Positions 20,896 through 30,846 are shown, counted from the stretch's first letter. The stretch: 34,785 nt of DNA from Fidelibacterota bacterium (GCA_046735395.1 JBJKQR010000022.1:1-34785); one strand, 5' to 3'. Made by a program: numbers and translations. The notes: generated by a model from the letters alone, not told the origin.

Positions 20896-23562
20896 TCACA
20901 CATTCAGCAGGTAGGAAAATTTCAGCAGAAACACGTTGTCTCCGGGCCTGGACAGCAGACGGTGCGCATCCTTTACCACTCGAAAGTTCCCCGATGCTTC
21001 CTGATCGGCCCGTCCGGAGGACCAGACCAGATAGAGGCTGGATCCGGCGGAATATTCCCAGCGAACGACCAGATTGCTGTTCATCTGCTTGTAATTGAAA
21101 TCCGGAGAATTGAAGAGATATTCGACCACGCCATCCGAATTCCGGTCAACGGCGAAGTCATAGCTTCGCGTCCGGCCCTTTTCATCCGTGACGCTCACAT
21201 TTTCCTGTAACTGGTCCCCGGTATAGGCATGAAACCGTTTGCTGAAATCCGTTTTTAGATTCTGATCAACCTCCCGGTATGTCTCATAATGACCCGCCGT
21301 GATATAGGGCTGGACATAGAACTGAATGCTGAGATCTGTACTGAGCGTATAATCCAGCCGCAGGGTCGTTCTCAGCGTATTCTGCAGAAAATCGGAAAAG
21401 ATGTACCGCGTCTGTCCGTTTTCATCACGGAAGGACCCGACCCAGGCCCAGGTATCATCCAGGCGGTAAAAGTCGGGGTTCAGGGACAGCTGCAGGTTTT
21501 TCGCCGGCCGGTAATTCAGATAGGGGGAATATTCGAAGGCGCTGACACCATCGGCAGAGGTGAAGATAAAGCCATAGTATCCGCAGCTTACATCTTTGCG
21601 GTCATCACTGTCCACACCGATCCAGGCATTGAAGGCCAGCGCCGTGGCGATAGCCGGCCCGCCGCGCAAGTGCTGAAAGTTCAGGCCCGGCAGATTCACC
21701 GCAGCCCCGCCGTAGACACCCACGTTTGAATTTGTACGCAGCGAACCATTGATATTCCCGCCGCGGGAAAAGAGCTGGCCATCGAAGGTCCAGTCCGCAA
21801 ATTGATTCAGATTTACATTATAACTTCGCAGAATCCGTCCCGGCTCGGTCATGCGATACTGCAGCCAGGCATACTCTTCCCGGATATCACTGGCCTGAAG
21901 ATAACCCAGATCGTTGATCTCATAGCCCGGACTGATGCCGGTCATACCCAGCTCACCGCGAATGGGCCCGGTCGTCTTTTTGAAGGCCAGATAGCCCGTG
22001 TATCCGCTCAGCGACGCGGCGCTGCTGTCCACCGTCAGGCTGCCTGCGTCGGGACGCTGAAAATAATGATTTGGAGCGGTCTGCGTACGCACTATCGCCT
22101 CCGGACGTCCCTCGACCCGGGATAGACTCATTGAGGAGGCCAGGGCATAGTTCCGGCCGGGAAATTCATAGCTGAAATCCATACCGCCGCTGTAGGCATT
22201 GCGATGCAGAAGTCCGTCCAGCCCGGATCCGCTCAATTGCCGGTTTACGGCCGTCATGATTGCCCCCAGAGTTACCTGGCCATCACGAAAATCACGAATC
22301 AGGCGGCCCGCGGAATACGTGGTCACCGGCTCAACGACATGGCTGATCACCGAATCCGCCGTGAGATACTCTGTGGCCACCTCCTCATCGGTGAGAGCGG
22401 AAAGGACGCCGATGGACAAACCCCGGTCCGTTTTCCCCGTCATTTTTGCCGCACCGAGTATTCGCGTCCGGTCAGGCCGGTCCATGTATACCGTTTCCGA
22501 ATCCGGCCTCACGAACCCATGGGGACTGCGTCCGATACGCCGGCTGTAAAGCAGCGCACCATTATTGTATATTCCGTCAAAATTAAAAATATTGGAGCCC
22601 TCAATGAAGAAGGGGCGCTTTTCCGAAAAATAGCTTTCAAACTGCGTGAGGTTGAACTCCGCCGGATCCGCCTCCACCTGTCCAAAATCCGGATTAAGGG
22701 TGGCATTGAAGGTCAGTCCGTTCGAAAAGGCGTAACGGATATCGCCCCCGATGGACCGCGCCGCATCAAAATTCTGCGAATGCAGGGAATTCACCTTCGT
22801 TTCAGAATAGGATCTGGAGCTGACGATATAGGGAGAAATATACAGCGGATTGGTCGCGTGGATGGATTTCAGGCCTTCGAGCCTGCCATAATTCGAAACA
22901 AAGCCCTTGTCATTCTGCGACCAGTAATTCCAGACGGAGATTTCATTTCCGAAGCGGGGCAATTCGCGATACACCAGAAGCCCCCATTCCATATCCTCCG
23001 AACTGTTGAAACGCAGCTCACGGAAGGGAATGCGGAATTCAGCTGTCCAGCCATATTCATCCACATTGACCTTGCCGTCCCAGACCGCATCCCAGGAATC
23101 ATCCATATAGTCATCATCATAGCGCCTCAGATCGTGTTTCACGCCGGCGGCATTCAGGCCGAATTCAAAGGCGGTGCGATTATCATTATAACTGTCGAGA
23201 CTGATATATACCCAGTCCGAACTCACGTAATCATCCCGTCTCGTCAGAACACGGCTGATCTGATCCGGATCATCGTCCCAGGCCCGGATGCCGGCATACA
23301 GATAATTGTCATCATAAAGAATGGAAAATTCCGTTTTCATGGATGCCATCCGGCCGTCATTGGGATTCCGCTGAATGAAGTTGGCACCTTTCTCCGCCGT
23401 CTGCCAGACGGCTTCGGTCAGTTTACCATCCAGGACAATATTCCCGGCGCTGAGATGGCCGGCATGAAGAATTTTGGGATCCACCCGGTTGCCCATGGCC
23501 ATTCCCGGCAAGCTGAGCATCAGGATCAGGCCCGTTTTCCAGCAAAGATTCAATCCTTTCAT
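20896..23562 (-). CDS. DUF5916 domain protein with N-terminal CBM9/DOMON-like domain (probable outer-membrane protein)
   Basis: Signal peptide; LDGKLTEAVW, YDDNYLY, TLNPDFGQVEADP, FSEKRPFFIEG, YSRRIG; aromatic C-terminal strand. GGGGAG RBS. Confidence 0.85.
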   Translation of the reverse strand: MKGLNLCWKTGLILMLSLPGMAMGNRVDPKILHAGHLSAGNIVLDGKLTEAVWQTAEKGANFIQRNPNDGRMASMKTEFSILYDDNYLYAGIRAWDDDPDQISRVLTRRDDYVSSDWVYISLDSYNDNRTAFEFGLNAAGVKHDLRRYDDDYMDDSWDAVWDGKVNVDEYGWTAEFRIPFRELRFNSSEDMEWGLLVYRELPRFGNEISVWNYWSQNDKGFVSNYGRLEGLKSIHATNPLYISPYIVSSRSYSETKVNSLHSQNFDAARSIGGDIRYAFSNGLTFNATLNPDFGQVEADPAEFNLTQFESYFSEKRPFFIEGSNIFNFDGIYNNGALLYSRRIGRSPHGFVRPDSETVYMDRPDRTRILGAAKMTGKTDRGLSIGVLSALTDEEVATEYLTADSVISHVVEPVTTYSAGRLIRDFRDGQVTLGAIMTAVNRQLSGSGLDGLLHRNAYSGGMDFSYEFPGRNYALASSMSLSRVEGRPEAIVRTQTAPNHYFQRPDAGSLTVDSSAASLSGYTGYLAFKKTTGPIRGELGMTGISPGYEINDLGYLQASDIREEYAWLQYRMTEPGRILRSYNVNLNQFADWTFDGQLFSRGGNINGSLRTNSNVGVYGGAAVNLPGLNFQHLRGGPAIATALAFNAWIGVDSDDRKDVSCGYYGFIFTSADGVSAFEYSPYLNYRPAKNLQLSLNPDFYRLDDTWAWVGSFRDENGQTRYIFSDFLQNTLRTTLRLDYTLSTDLSIQFYVQPYITAGHYETYREVDQNLKTDFSKRFHAYTGDQLQENVSVTDEKGRTRSYDFAVDRNSDGVVEYLFNSPDFNYKQMNSNLVVRWEYSAGSSLYLVWSSGRADQEASGNFRVVKDAHRLLSRPGDNVFLLKFSYLLNV

Positions 23563-23680
23563 AATCCGACTCCCCTGTTCATTGATTCAGGGGTAAGACG
23601 CAGTCAGACAAAAAAAGTTGTACGGAAACCTTAATAAAAAATAATGTGGAACATTCCCTGAATTCGGAGTAAAATTAGCT

Positions 23681-23860
23681 ATGGAATACGTGATTACAGT
23701 GATCATCATCGCGGCCCTTTTCGGCCTGCTGTCTCTGACGCCCATGTTCAGGAGCCGGGAAGAGGACTGTGAGGATGGCTCAAACTCAGGAAACGCCTGC
23801 AAAAGCTGCGGTATTGCCGGCAGCTGCAGCGCCGCCGCGGAAAATCTTCCGCAGCGCTAA
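23681..23860 (+). CDS. Small Cys-rich membrane protein (59 aa, absent from the ORF track)
   Basis: Manual translation MEYVITVIIIAALFGLLSLTPMFRSREEDCEDGSNSGNACKSCGIAGSCSAAAENLPQR*; GGAG upstream; one transmembrane helix and four Cys; fills an otherwise empty gap. Confidence 0.75.
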   Translation: MEYVITVIIIAALFGLLSLTPMFRSREEDCEDGSNSGNACKSCGIAGSCSAAAENLPQR

Positions 23861-23892
23861 GTAATACTTCGACCACTGAATATATTTGATTT

Positions 23893-23914
23893 CTGCCTGC
23901 TTTTTGCGGCAGGC
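23893..23914. terminator. Hairpin between convergent genes (possible terminator)
   Basis: GCCTGC...GCAGGC stem between the small ORF stop and the lipid kinase stop. Confidence 0.45.
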
Positions 23915-23926
23915 CTAAAAATTCCG

Positions 23927-24814
23927 TCAGAGATGAAAATAACGGACCGTATTCGGAATGACCTTCACCTCGAGGGGCGTGACGCCGAATATTTCACCAT
24001 CCGGATTGCAGTATTTCAGCGGCTCTGAACTGACCTTGATATGCTTTCCCTGATAGCTGATCAGCGAGGGATGGGTGATATGCGTCCCGTTGAAGACACG
24101 GGGAAATACTTTCAGCAGCTCCGTCCGTTTTAATTCATTCAGCACCAGAATCTCCACCAGGCCGTCGTCAAATACGGATTCGGGGGAAATTTTCATATTT
24201 CCGGCCACCCACACCGAGTTGCAGAAATAGACAAAATTCGCTTTGTGAGTGTAAATCTGCCCGTCAATATCCAGACGCACATCCATGGATTTCAGGCGGC
24301 TTGTCTCCAGAACGACACCGAGGGCATAGGCCGTCATTCCGATGCGCTTGATGGGTTCGGAGGTAATGCTCACATCCGCCACAAAGCCAAAGCCCAGATT
24401 GTTGACAAAATAATGTTCATTCCCTTCCGTGATGAAGGAGACCACATCCACCGGCCGGTTCTGTTCACCGAGAATGGCATTGATTCCGTCCTCGGCCGTA
24501 TAAATATTCAGATCCTTTGCGAAGGAATTACCGGTTCCGACAGGTATGACCCCGATGGGCGGAAGATTCTTGCAGCTGTTCTTCATCATGCCGTTCAGGA
24601 CTTCATAGGACGTTCCGTCACCTCCGGCGGAAATCACCGCATCCGTTTCGTAGAGATTGAGCGTCTTCACGATCTCGGTGGCGTGAAAGCGGTACAGCGT
24701 CTGGTGAGGAATCACTTCATGTCCGGCAGCTCTCAGCCGGTCAAGAATTTTTGGGTACATTTTGGCCCCTTTTCCATGTCCGGAATGGGGATTGAAAATC
24801 AGATGAATCTTCAT
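23927..24814 (-). CDS. Diacylglycerol/lipid kinase family protein (YegS/BmrU-like)
   Basis: IFNPHSG, GGDGT..EVLNG, IPVGTGNSFA, DDG, DGE. Confidence 0.92.
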   Translation of the reverse strand: MKIHLIFNPHSGHGKGAKMYPKILDRLRAAGHEVIPHQTLYRFHATEIVKTLNLYETDAVISAGGDGTSYEVLNGMMKNSCKNLPPIGVIPVGTGNSFAKDLNIYTAEDGINAILGEQNRPVDVVSFITEGNEHYFVNNLGFGFVADVSITSEPIKRIGMTAYALGVVLETSRLKSMDVRLDIDGQIYTHKANFVYFCNSVWVAGNMKISPESVFDDGLVEILVLNELKRTELLKVFPRVFNGTHITHPSLISYQGKHIKVSSEPLKYCNPDGEIFGVTPLEVKVIPNTVRYFHL

Positions 24815-24916
24815 AGCGGCCCCTGATTAATTATTTTAGGGCAAATTAAAACATATTTTTTGCCAGGGAAACGTTATTTTTTGTGACCGAATTAAATGAA
24901 AGGACTCTAAGGCATC

Positions 24917-25585
24917 ATGGGAACTAAAATCATAGAGGGAATGGAGAGCCATATTGAGCTGGAGGGATTCACCGCCCGGCATTACGACCGGCTGATGAAT
25001 GTAGTGAGCCTGGGGCAGTACGACCGTTTCATCCGTTCGGCAATGAGAGGCCTGAATGTTCAGCCGGGAGAACGGATTCTGGATCTGGGCTGCGGCACGG
25101 GGCGGAATCTGGATCTCATCCGCAGGAACAGCGGAAACGGGTTCTACGCCGGTGTCGACATTGGTGAGGATATGCTGAAACAGGCCCGAGAGCGCTTTCA
25201 GGGCCAGGCCGATGTTCAGATTGAAAACGCCTCGATCCTGGAACCGTTGCCCTTTACCGAGCCCTTCGATCACATTACGACCTCCTTCGTCCTTCATGGA
25301 TTTTCCCACGAGCAGCGGCTGCAGATCGTAAATCAGGCGGCAGCACAGCTTCGGGAAGGCGGCCGCTTTTCCTTTCTGGACTGGACTCCGGCAGATCCGA
25401 AATCCTGGCCCCTGTGGTTCCGGTTCTTTTTCTCAAAGGTCGAATGTCCCATCGCCTATGAATTCATCGGCCATGACTACAGCCGGGAATTTCAGGCTTG
25501 TGGCCTGTCTCTGCTGGAACGGAAACCCTATCTTCGCGGCCTCGCCTCGATGACAATCTTTATAAAAACAAAGGAAAACGAATGA
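24917..25585 (+). CDS. Class I SAM-dependent methyltransferase (UbiE-like)
   Basis: ILDLGCGTG, GVDIGEDML, FDHITTSFVLHG; substrate unknown. Confidence 0.88.
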   Translation: MGTKIIEGMESHIELEGFTARHYDRLMNVVSLGQYDRFIRSAMRGLNVQPGERILDLGCGTGRNLDLIRRNSGNGFYAGVDIGEDMLKQARERFQGQADVQIENASILEPLPFTEPFDHITTSFVLHGFSHEQRLQIVNQAAAQLREGGRFSFLDWTPADPKSWPLWFRFFFSKVECPIAYEFIGHDYSREFQACGLSLLERKPYLRGLASMTIFIKTKENE

Positions 25586-26157
25586 AAGTCTCCAGACTCC
25601 TTCTATTAACAGCTCTCAGCACGCTGCTGGTCCTGAATGCCTGTTCAAAAAAAACCGGAACCACGACCGCCCGTGCCGCGGAAATGGCTACACCGGCCAG
25701 CGCTGAAACCGCCGCACCGGCCCACGCGGGACACCGGGAATGGTACAGTTTCCCGGAAGGGATGAAACTGGCGGAAGCCGGCGACAAACATATCGTCATT
25801 GATTTTTATACAGACTGGTGCAAATGGTGCAAGACCATGGACAAGGAAACCTTTTCGGATCCGGACGTGGACGCCTATCTGTTCGAACACTTCATTCCCA
25901 TCCGCATCAATGCCGAATCGGATGAAAAGACGACCTTCATGGGCAAGGAATACAGCTACCGGCAGCTGACCTCCGCCTTCGGGGTCACCGGATTTCCCTC
26001 TCTCGCCTATCTCTCACCCCAGAAGGAAGTGATCACCGTTATTCCGGGCTTCGTAAAAAAGGACCAGTTTCTGGATATTCTTTCGTATATTAGCAAAGAC
26101 TGTTATGCCAAGAATATTTCCTTTGATACCTTCAAGGAAAATGGAGACTGCCAGTAA
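25582..26157 (+). CDS. Thioredoxin-fold lipoprotein (SoxW/DsbD-C-like, CKWC)
   Basis: Lipobox LNAC, Ala/Thr/Pro linker, DFYTDWCKWCKTM, GFP cis-Pro loop. ATGA overlap with the methyltransferase. Confidence 0.9.
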   Translation: MKVSRLLLLTALSTLLVLNACSKKTGTTTARAAEMATPASAETAAPAHAGHREWYSFPEGMKLAEAGDKHIVIDFYTDWCKWCKTMDKETFSDPDVDAYLFEHFIPIRINAESDEKTTFMGKEYSYRQLTSAFGVTGFPSLAYLSPQKEVITVIPGFVKKDQFLDILSYISKDCYAKNISFDTFKENGDCQ

Positions 26158-26637
26158 ATGATCCGTTCGAAAAGTGTTCTGTTTCTTCTGTTACTGCTCA
26201 CCACTATCTCTCTGCACGCGGAGAACAAATGGTTCGGATTTCGGGACGGCATGGCGCTGGCGGAGGCGCAGAAGAAGCCGGTTGTCATCGACTTCTTCAC
26301 CAGCTGGTGCCGCTGGTGCAAGGTGATGGATGAAAAAACCTTCCATGATCCGGACGTGGAATCCTACCTCTTCGAACACTTCATTCCCATCCGCATCAAT
26401 GCGGAAAGTACGGATACGGTCAGTTACAGGGGGCAGAATTTCACCTATATCACCCTGACGAATCGCTTTGGTGTCAAATCATTTCCATCCCTGGCCTACC
26501 TGGACAGGGACGGCAATTTTCTGTCGCTCATTCCCGGCTATATTCAGAAGGATGAATACCTGAAATTGCTCACCTATATTTCTCAGGAATTATACAAGCA
26601 GAATATTTCCTTTGACGATTATCTCGGTTCAAAATAA
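26158..26637 (+). CDS. Exported thioredoxin-fold protein (CRWC), tandem paralog of the upstream gene
   Basis: Signal peptide ending SLHA, DFFTSWCRWCKVM, SFP loop. Starts immediately after the paralog's stop. Confidence 0.9.
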   Translation: MIRSKSVLFLLLLLTTISLHAENKWFGFRDGMALAEAQKKPVVIDFFTSWCRWCKVMDEKTFHDPDVESYLFEHFIPIRINAESTDTVSYRGQNFTYITLTNRFGVKSFPSLAYLDRDGNFLSLIPGYIQKDEYLKLLTYISQELYKQNISFDDYLGSK

Positions 26638-26662
26638 GTATTTTCTAAATCGGTTTTATATT

Positions 26663-28999
26663 TTAAATATTCAGCGAAATCAGGGTAATCCCGGCGCCAC
26701 CATGTTCCGGTGCCGCGGGTTGAAATGACCGGACCCGCGGATCCTGCGGAAGCAGATCTTCAATTGCCTTCTTCAGAATCCCGTCGCCCTTGCCGTGCAG
26801 AACTTCCACATGTCCCAGGCCAGCCAGAACCGCCGAATCCAGAAATTTGTCCAGTTCAGCTAGGGCATCTTCCATGCGAAAACCTCTCAGATCCAGATGG
26901 TAGCGCGCAGATCCTCCGCCCTGTACAGAGGTTCGGACCGTCTGTTTCCGTTTTACCGGCGGCGCCAGCCAGGCCGCATCCAGACGCATGCGCGTCCCGG
27001 AGATATCCACCCAGATCTTGTTCTGTTTGAGATTGATTTCCCGGATCGTCCCGTTCTGATCCATGCTCTTCACATACACCGCGTCTCCGGGTTTCAGCCT
27101 GCGTATATCGAGAGACGCGTCCTGAGCAGGCTCCTGTTTTTCCAGGCGGGCATTCACTTTCGTCTGCAGGGCCTCGAGTTTTTCGTGTCCTGCCCGGATG
27201 GAATCGGAGGATGCCCCGGCCTCTTTTACGTCTCGGATGGTTGCTTCAAAATCCCGGTGCATGGTCCGCACGAATTCTTCCGCATTCTTCAGGGCCTCCC
27301 GGTCGGCTTTCTTTAATTTTGCATTCAGATCCTTGCGAAGCGTTTCCACCTGCCGGGACCGTTCCTTCAGGTCCGCGTCCCGCGTCTTCAGATCCTTCAG
27401 ATCCGTGTCATAGCGATGAATCTTCCGCTGCAGGTCGCTGATCAGTTTCTCCAGCTTTTCCCGGCCTTTGCCGATGCGTTCCCGGGCAAAAGCCAGGATG
27501 GACTCCGGCATCCGGTAGCGGCTGGCGATCTCTATGGCATAGGACGAACCGGGAATACCGGCCTTGAATTCATAGCTCGGCGCCAGATCCCGGTCATTGA
27601 AGCTCATACTCCCGTTCATCAGCTGAGGATGATTGTAGGCAAATGTTTTTAACGCGCTGTGGTGCGTTGTGGCGATAACCAGAGTTCCCCGATCCACCAG
27701 ATGCTGCAGCACCGCTTCGGCCAGTGCCGCACCCTCGTCCGGATCCGTTCCCGTTCCCAGTTCGTCCAGAAGCACCAGGCTCCGGGACGTGGCGTTTTCC
27801 ACAATGGTTTTCAGACGGTTGATGTGAGACGAGTAGGTGGAGAGATCTCCTTCAATACTCTGGCCATCACCGATATCGATATAAATGGCATCAAAATCCG
27901 GAAGATTGGCGTAGTCGACGGGCAACAGCATCCCCGCCTGATTCATGAGTGCCATCAGGCCGATGGTTTTCAGCGTTACCGTTTTTCCGCCCGCATTGGG
28001 GCCCGTGATCACCACGCCCCGGATACGTTCCTCCAGATTCAGCGACAGGGGCACGACCTCCCTTTTCATCTGGAGTTCCGGATTCCGCCCGTTCCGGATC
28101 AGAAAATCCTGGTTGTCATGAACCGGAATTTCACAGCGGAATTCGACGGAAAATCGGCCGAGGGCATGGATGAGGTCCAGGCGGTGATAGAGCTCCGTAC
28201 GCCGGGTGATTTCAGCCTGCCAGGGACGCAGGGCCTCACAGAAGGCCGACAGGATACGGTACACTTCGTCCTGCTCCGCCAGTTCCGTCCGCCGCAATTC
28301 GTTATTGATCTCTACGATCAGCATGGGTTCAATATAGATGGTCTGTCCGGACTGGCTCTGGTCATGAATAATTCCGGGAATCTGATTTTTTCGGGACGCC
28401 CGCACCGGGATGACAATGCGTCCGTTGCGAAAGGCCACATTGGAGCCGTCGCTGATCTGATCTCCGGCCGCATCCCGGGCAATCTTCACAGCCTTTTCCT
28501 GCACTTCCCGCTGCAGTTTCACGATACGGCGGCGCAGCCGTGACAGCTCGGGAGATGCTGTATCCTTCAGATGCCCGTCCTCGGTAAAGGATGACAGAAT
28601 ATTCCGGTCCATGGCGCTCAGCTCGGATTCGGGCAGCAGCAGCATGGCCGCCAGTAGCGGATACTGCTCCTTTTTTCGGGAAAAGCGTTCCGACGCCAGC
28701 CGTGTTTCCCGGAGGTAGAGCCCCAGAATATAGATTTCCGTTTCCGAAAGCACCGCCCCGGGCACAGTTAGACGCCGGAGGATCGCCTCCGGGTCCTCGA
28801 ATTCTATAAAAGCCAGGGCACTTTCATTCAGCAGATAATCTCGCGCTTCCAGAACCAGTTTCTGCTCACGGATCCGTAATTCCGGAGCCAGAAAGGACCG
28901 GAGATTCAGAGCCTCTGCTCTGGCGGCAGCCGTGAGACAGCGCTCTGCCACAGCGCGGCGGATTCTGTCAAAACCGAGTTGTTGATATTCTGTATTCAA
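26663..28999 (-). CDS. mutS2: Endonuclease MutS2
   Basis: HDQSQSGQTIYIEP, TGPNAGGKTV, DIGDGQSIE..LSTYSSH, LDELGTGTDPDEG, TTH, coiled coil, KOW and Smr (LDLRG...HGKGDG). Confidence 0.95.
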   Translation of the reverse strand: MNTEYQQLGFDRIRRAVAERCLTAAARAEALNLRSFLAPELRIREQKLVLEARDYLLNESALAFIEFEDPEAILRRLTVPGAVLSETEIYILGLYLRETRLASERFSRKKEQYPLLAAMLLLPESELSAMDRNILSSFTEDGHLKDTASPELSRLRRRIVKLQREVQEKAVKIARDAAGDQISDGSNVAFRNGRIVIPVRASRKNQIPGIIHDQSQSGQTIYIEPMLIVEINNELRRTELAEQDEVYRILSAFCEALRPWQAEITRRTELYHRLDLIHALGRFSVEFRCEIPVHDNQDFLIRNGRNPELQMKREVVPLSLNLEERIRGVVITGPNAGGKTVTLKTIGLMALMNQAGMLLPVDYANLPDFDAIYIDIGDGQSIEGDLSTYSSHINRLKTIVENATSRSLVLLDELGTGTDPDEGAALAEAVLQHLVDRGTLVIATTHHSALKTFAYNHPQLMNGSMSFNDRDLAPSYEFKAGIPGSSYAIEIASRYRMPESILAFARERIGKGREKLEKLISDLQRKIHRYDTDLKDLKTRDADLKERSRQVETLRKDLNAKLKKADREALKNAEEFVRTMHRDFEATIRDVKEAGASSDSIRAGHEKLEALQTKVNARLEKQEPAQDASLDIRRLKPGDAVYVKSMDQNGTIREINLKQNKIWVDISGTRMRLDAAWLAPPVKRKQTVRTSVQGGGSARYHLDLRGFRMEDALAELDKFLDSAVLAGLGHVEVLHGKGDGILKKAIEDLLPQDPRVRSFQPAAPEHGGAGITLISLNI

Positions 29000-29037
29000 A
29001 GAATGCCCGAAAGCTCAATTAACTGAAACAGGGTCGG

Positions 29038-29766
29038 TCAGCGGGACCGGGTCAGCATTTCAAACACATCATCGACCTTTCCCGCTTTCAGTTCATCAAT
29101 GATCTGCTTCTGGACATCCATGTCCAGAGTGTTGAATTTATCCAGAAAAAGTTCTATTTCCTTGTCGCTGAATTTTCCCGAACCCTTCAGAAGCTGACGG
29201 AAGAGATCGGAGCCGATCAATTCGGCGGGATTTCCCGTGGCGGCGGCAGTGGCTGATTTTATCTGCTGAATGGGATTATGCTGTTTCAGAACCGGCTGGA
29301 TAAATCGGGAATAGAGGCCCGGAGCCGTCTGTTCATAGAAAGCATAAAAGCCGGATTCGCGGTAGATCGTGTCGCAGAGTGGATTATCCGGCAGAAAGGA
29401 CATGGCAAAAAAGACGATGAAGACGACAATCATGGCCTTCATCGCACCAAAGAGCACACCGCCCGCCTTGTCCAGCCATCCCAGCAGCACCATGTCCAGA
29501 AGAGAGCGGACCACACCCGCCAGCACCTGAGCCAGCAGCACAACGACAATGAATACGAGAGCATAGCCGACGAACTGTCCGACCTGGGCCGGCGCATCGA
29601 ACTGATTCGCGAACCAGGTCCCGAGGCCACCCCCGTAACGGGCTGAAAAAATGGTGCCCAGAACCATCCCGGCCAGACGAAACAGGCCCAGGATCATGCC
29701 GTTCATGATTCCCTTTATGGCAAACCAGAGGACAAAGGCCAGAATGACAACATCAAACCAATGCAT
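29038..29766 (-). CDS. CvpA (colicin V production) family membrane protein with C-terminal extension
   Basis: D.VIL......KG..NG N-terminus, LDKAGGVLFG, four to five hydrophobic segments. Confidence 0.88.
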   Translation of the reverse strand: MHWFDVVILAFVLWFAIKGIMNGMILGLFRLAGMVLGTIFSARYGGGLGTWFANQFDAPAQVGQFVGYALVFIVVVLLAQVLAGVVRSLLDMVLLGWLDKAGGVLFGAMKAMIVVFIVFFAMSFLPDNPLCDTIYRESGFYAFYEQTAPGLYSRFIQPVLKQHNPIQQIKSATAAATGNPAELIGSDLFRQLLKGSGKFSDKEIELFLDKFNTLDMDVQKQIIDELKAGKVDDVFEMLTRSR

Positions 29767-29771
29767 TCGAA

Positions 29772-30215
29772 TTAACCCAACAGCTTTCTGACAAAATTCT
29801 GTACCGTCTTCCCGTCGGCGCGGCCGCTCAGAGCCTGCATGGCCGGCCCCATGACCTTACCCATATCCCGGGGACCTTCGGCTCCGGTTTCCGCAATGAT
29901 TCGCCGCACGGCAGCCTCAATCTCTGCATCACTTATCTGAGCCGGCAGGTAGGCTTCAATAATTCCGCCTTCCTTTTCCTCCGCGTCCGCCAGTTCCGGA
30001 CGGCCTGCATTCCGGTAGGTTTCGGCAGATTCACGGCGTTCCTTGGCCGCCTTGCTCAGGACTTTCAGCTCTTCGTCCTCGCTCAGATCCCGGATCAATT
30101 CAATCCGTTTTTCCTTGAGTTTGGATATGAGGGTCCGGAGCGTTCTCGTCCGGTCACTGTCGCGGTCCTTCATGGATGTCTTTAAATCATTCTGAATTTT
30201 TTCCAGGTACGTCAT
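29772..30215 (-). CDS. GatB/YqeY domain protein
   Basis: DLKTSMK, K.R.ESAE.Y..AGR.ELA..E, YLPAQ, DMGKVMG, GRADGK. Confidence 0.93.
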   Translation of the reverse strand: MTYLEKIQNDLKTSMKDRDSDRTRTLRTLISKLKEKRIELIRDLSEDEELKVLSKAAKERRESAETYRNAGRPELADAEEKEGGIIEAYLPAQISDAEIEAAVRRIIAETGAEGPRDMGKVMGPAMQALSGRADGKTVQNFVRKLLG

Positions 30216-30368
30216 TATTCACCACCACTTTCTCGATCTGCGAATTTATTAATAAACTGACCAGCTTTGCCACCCTTTTAAGCATGCGGGCCCAACAATA
30301 TGGAGCCGGAGGGGAGCCTTCATGATGAATTCATTGTAAAAAACCGGGAATAACAGTAATTTCCGCGC

Positions 30369-30806
30369 ATGGAACTCCGTAATTTCCTTTCTCCCGACGC
30401 CATTATTGCAGACCTTCAGTGCCAGACCAAGGAAGAGGCCATCCGCGCCGTTCTTGAATGCATCCCGGATGACATGGACCGGGACAGGGCCTTTGAAGAC
30501 ATCTGGGAACGTGAAGAGGACTACAGTACCGGGCTCGAGGACGGCATCGCCTTTCCCCACGCCCGCACCGATGCGGTGAAGGATCTCTGTCTCGGATTCG
30601 CCCGAAGCCTGTCCGGACTGGATTTCGGCAGCCGCGACGGAAAACCCAGTTACTTTATCCCGCTCCTGCTCACTCCGAAAAGCAGCGGCAAATCCCATAT
30701 CATCGTTCTGGCTGAAATGATTCGAAAGCTGGAGGATCCGGACCTTCGCCGCCGGCTCCTGGCTGCAGCTGACAAAGCTGAGCTGTACGCCCTCCTCACC
30801 GAATAG
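30369..30806 (+). CDS. PTS EIIA component (fructose/nitrogen-regulatory family)
   Basis: ERE..YSTGLEDGIAFPHAR phospho-His motif; DFGSRDGKP. Confidence 0.92.
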   Translation: MELRNFLSPDAIIADLQCQTKEEAIRAVLECIPDDMDRDRAFEDIWEREEDYSTGLEDGIAFPHARTDAVKDLCLGFARSLSGLDFGSRDGKPSYFIPLLLTPKSSGKSHIIVLAEMIRKLEDPDLRRRLLAAADKAELYALLTE

Positions 30807-30846
30807 GCGCGGCCCCAAAGGGCAAACATGAAAATTTATCTATAAA

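Noticed and set aside
22204..23634. 476-aa ORF on the + strand, and other long antisense ORFs (e.g. 27659-28543, 9190-9969, 32000-32788)
   Set aside because: These are shadow frames opposite well-supported genes, with no recognisable motifs.
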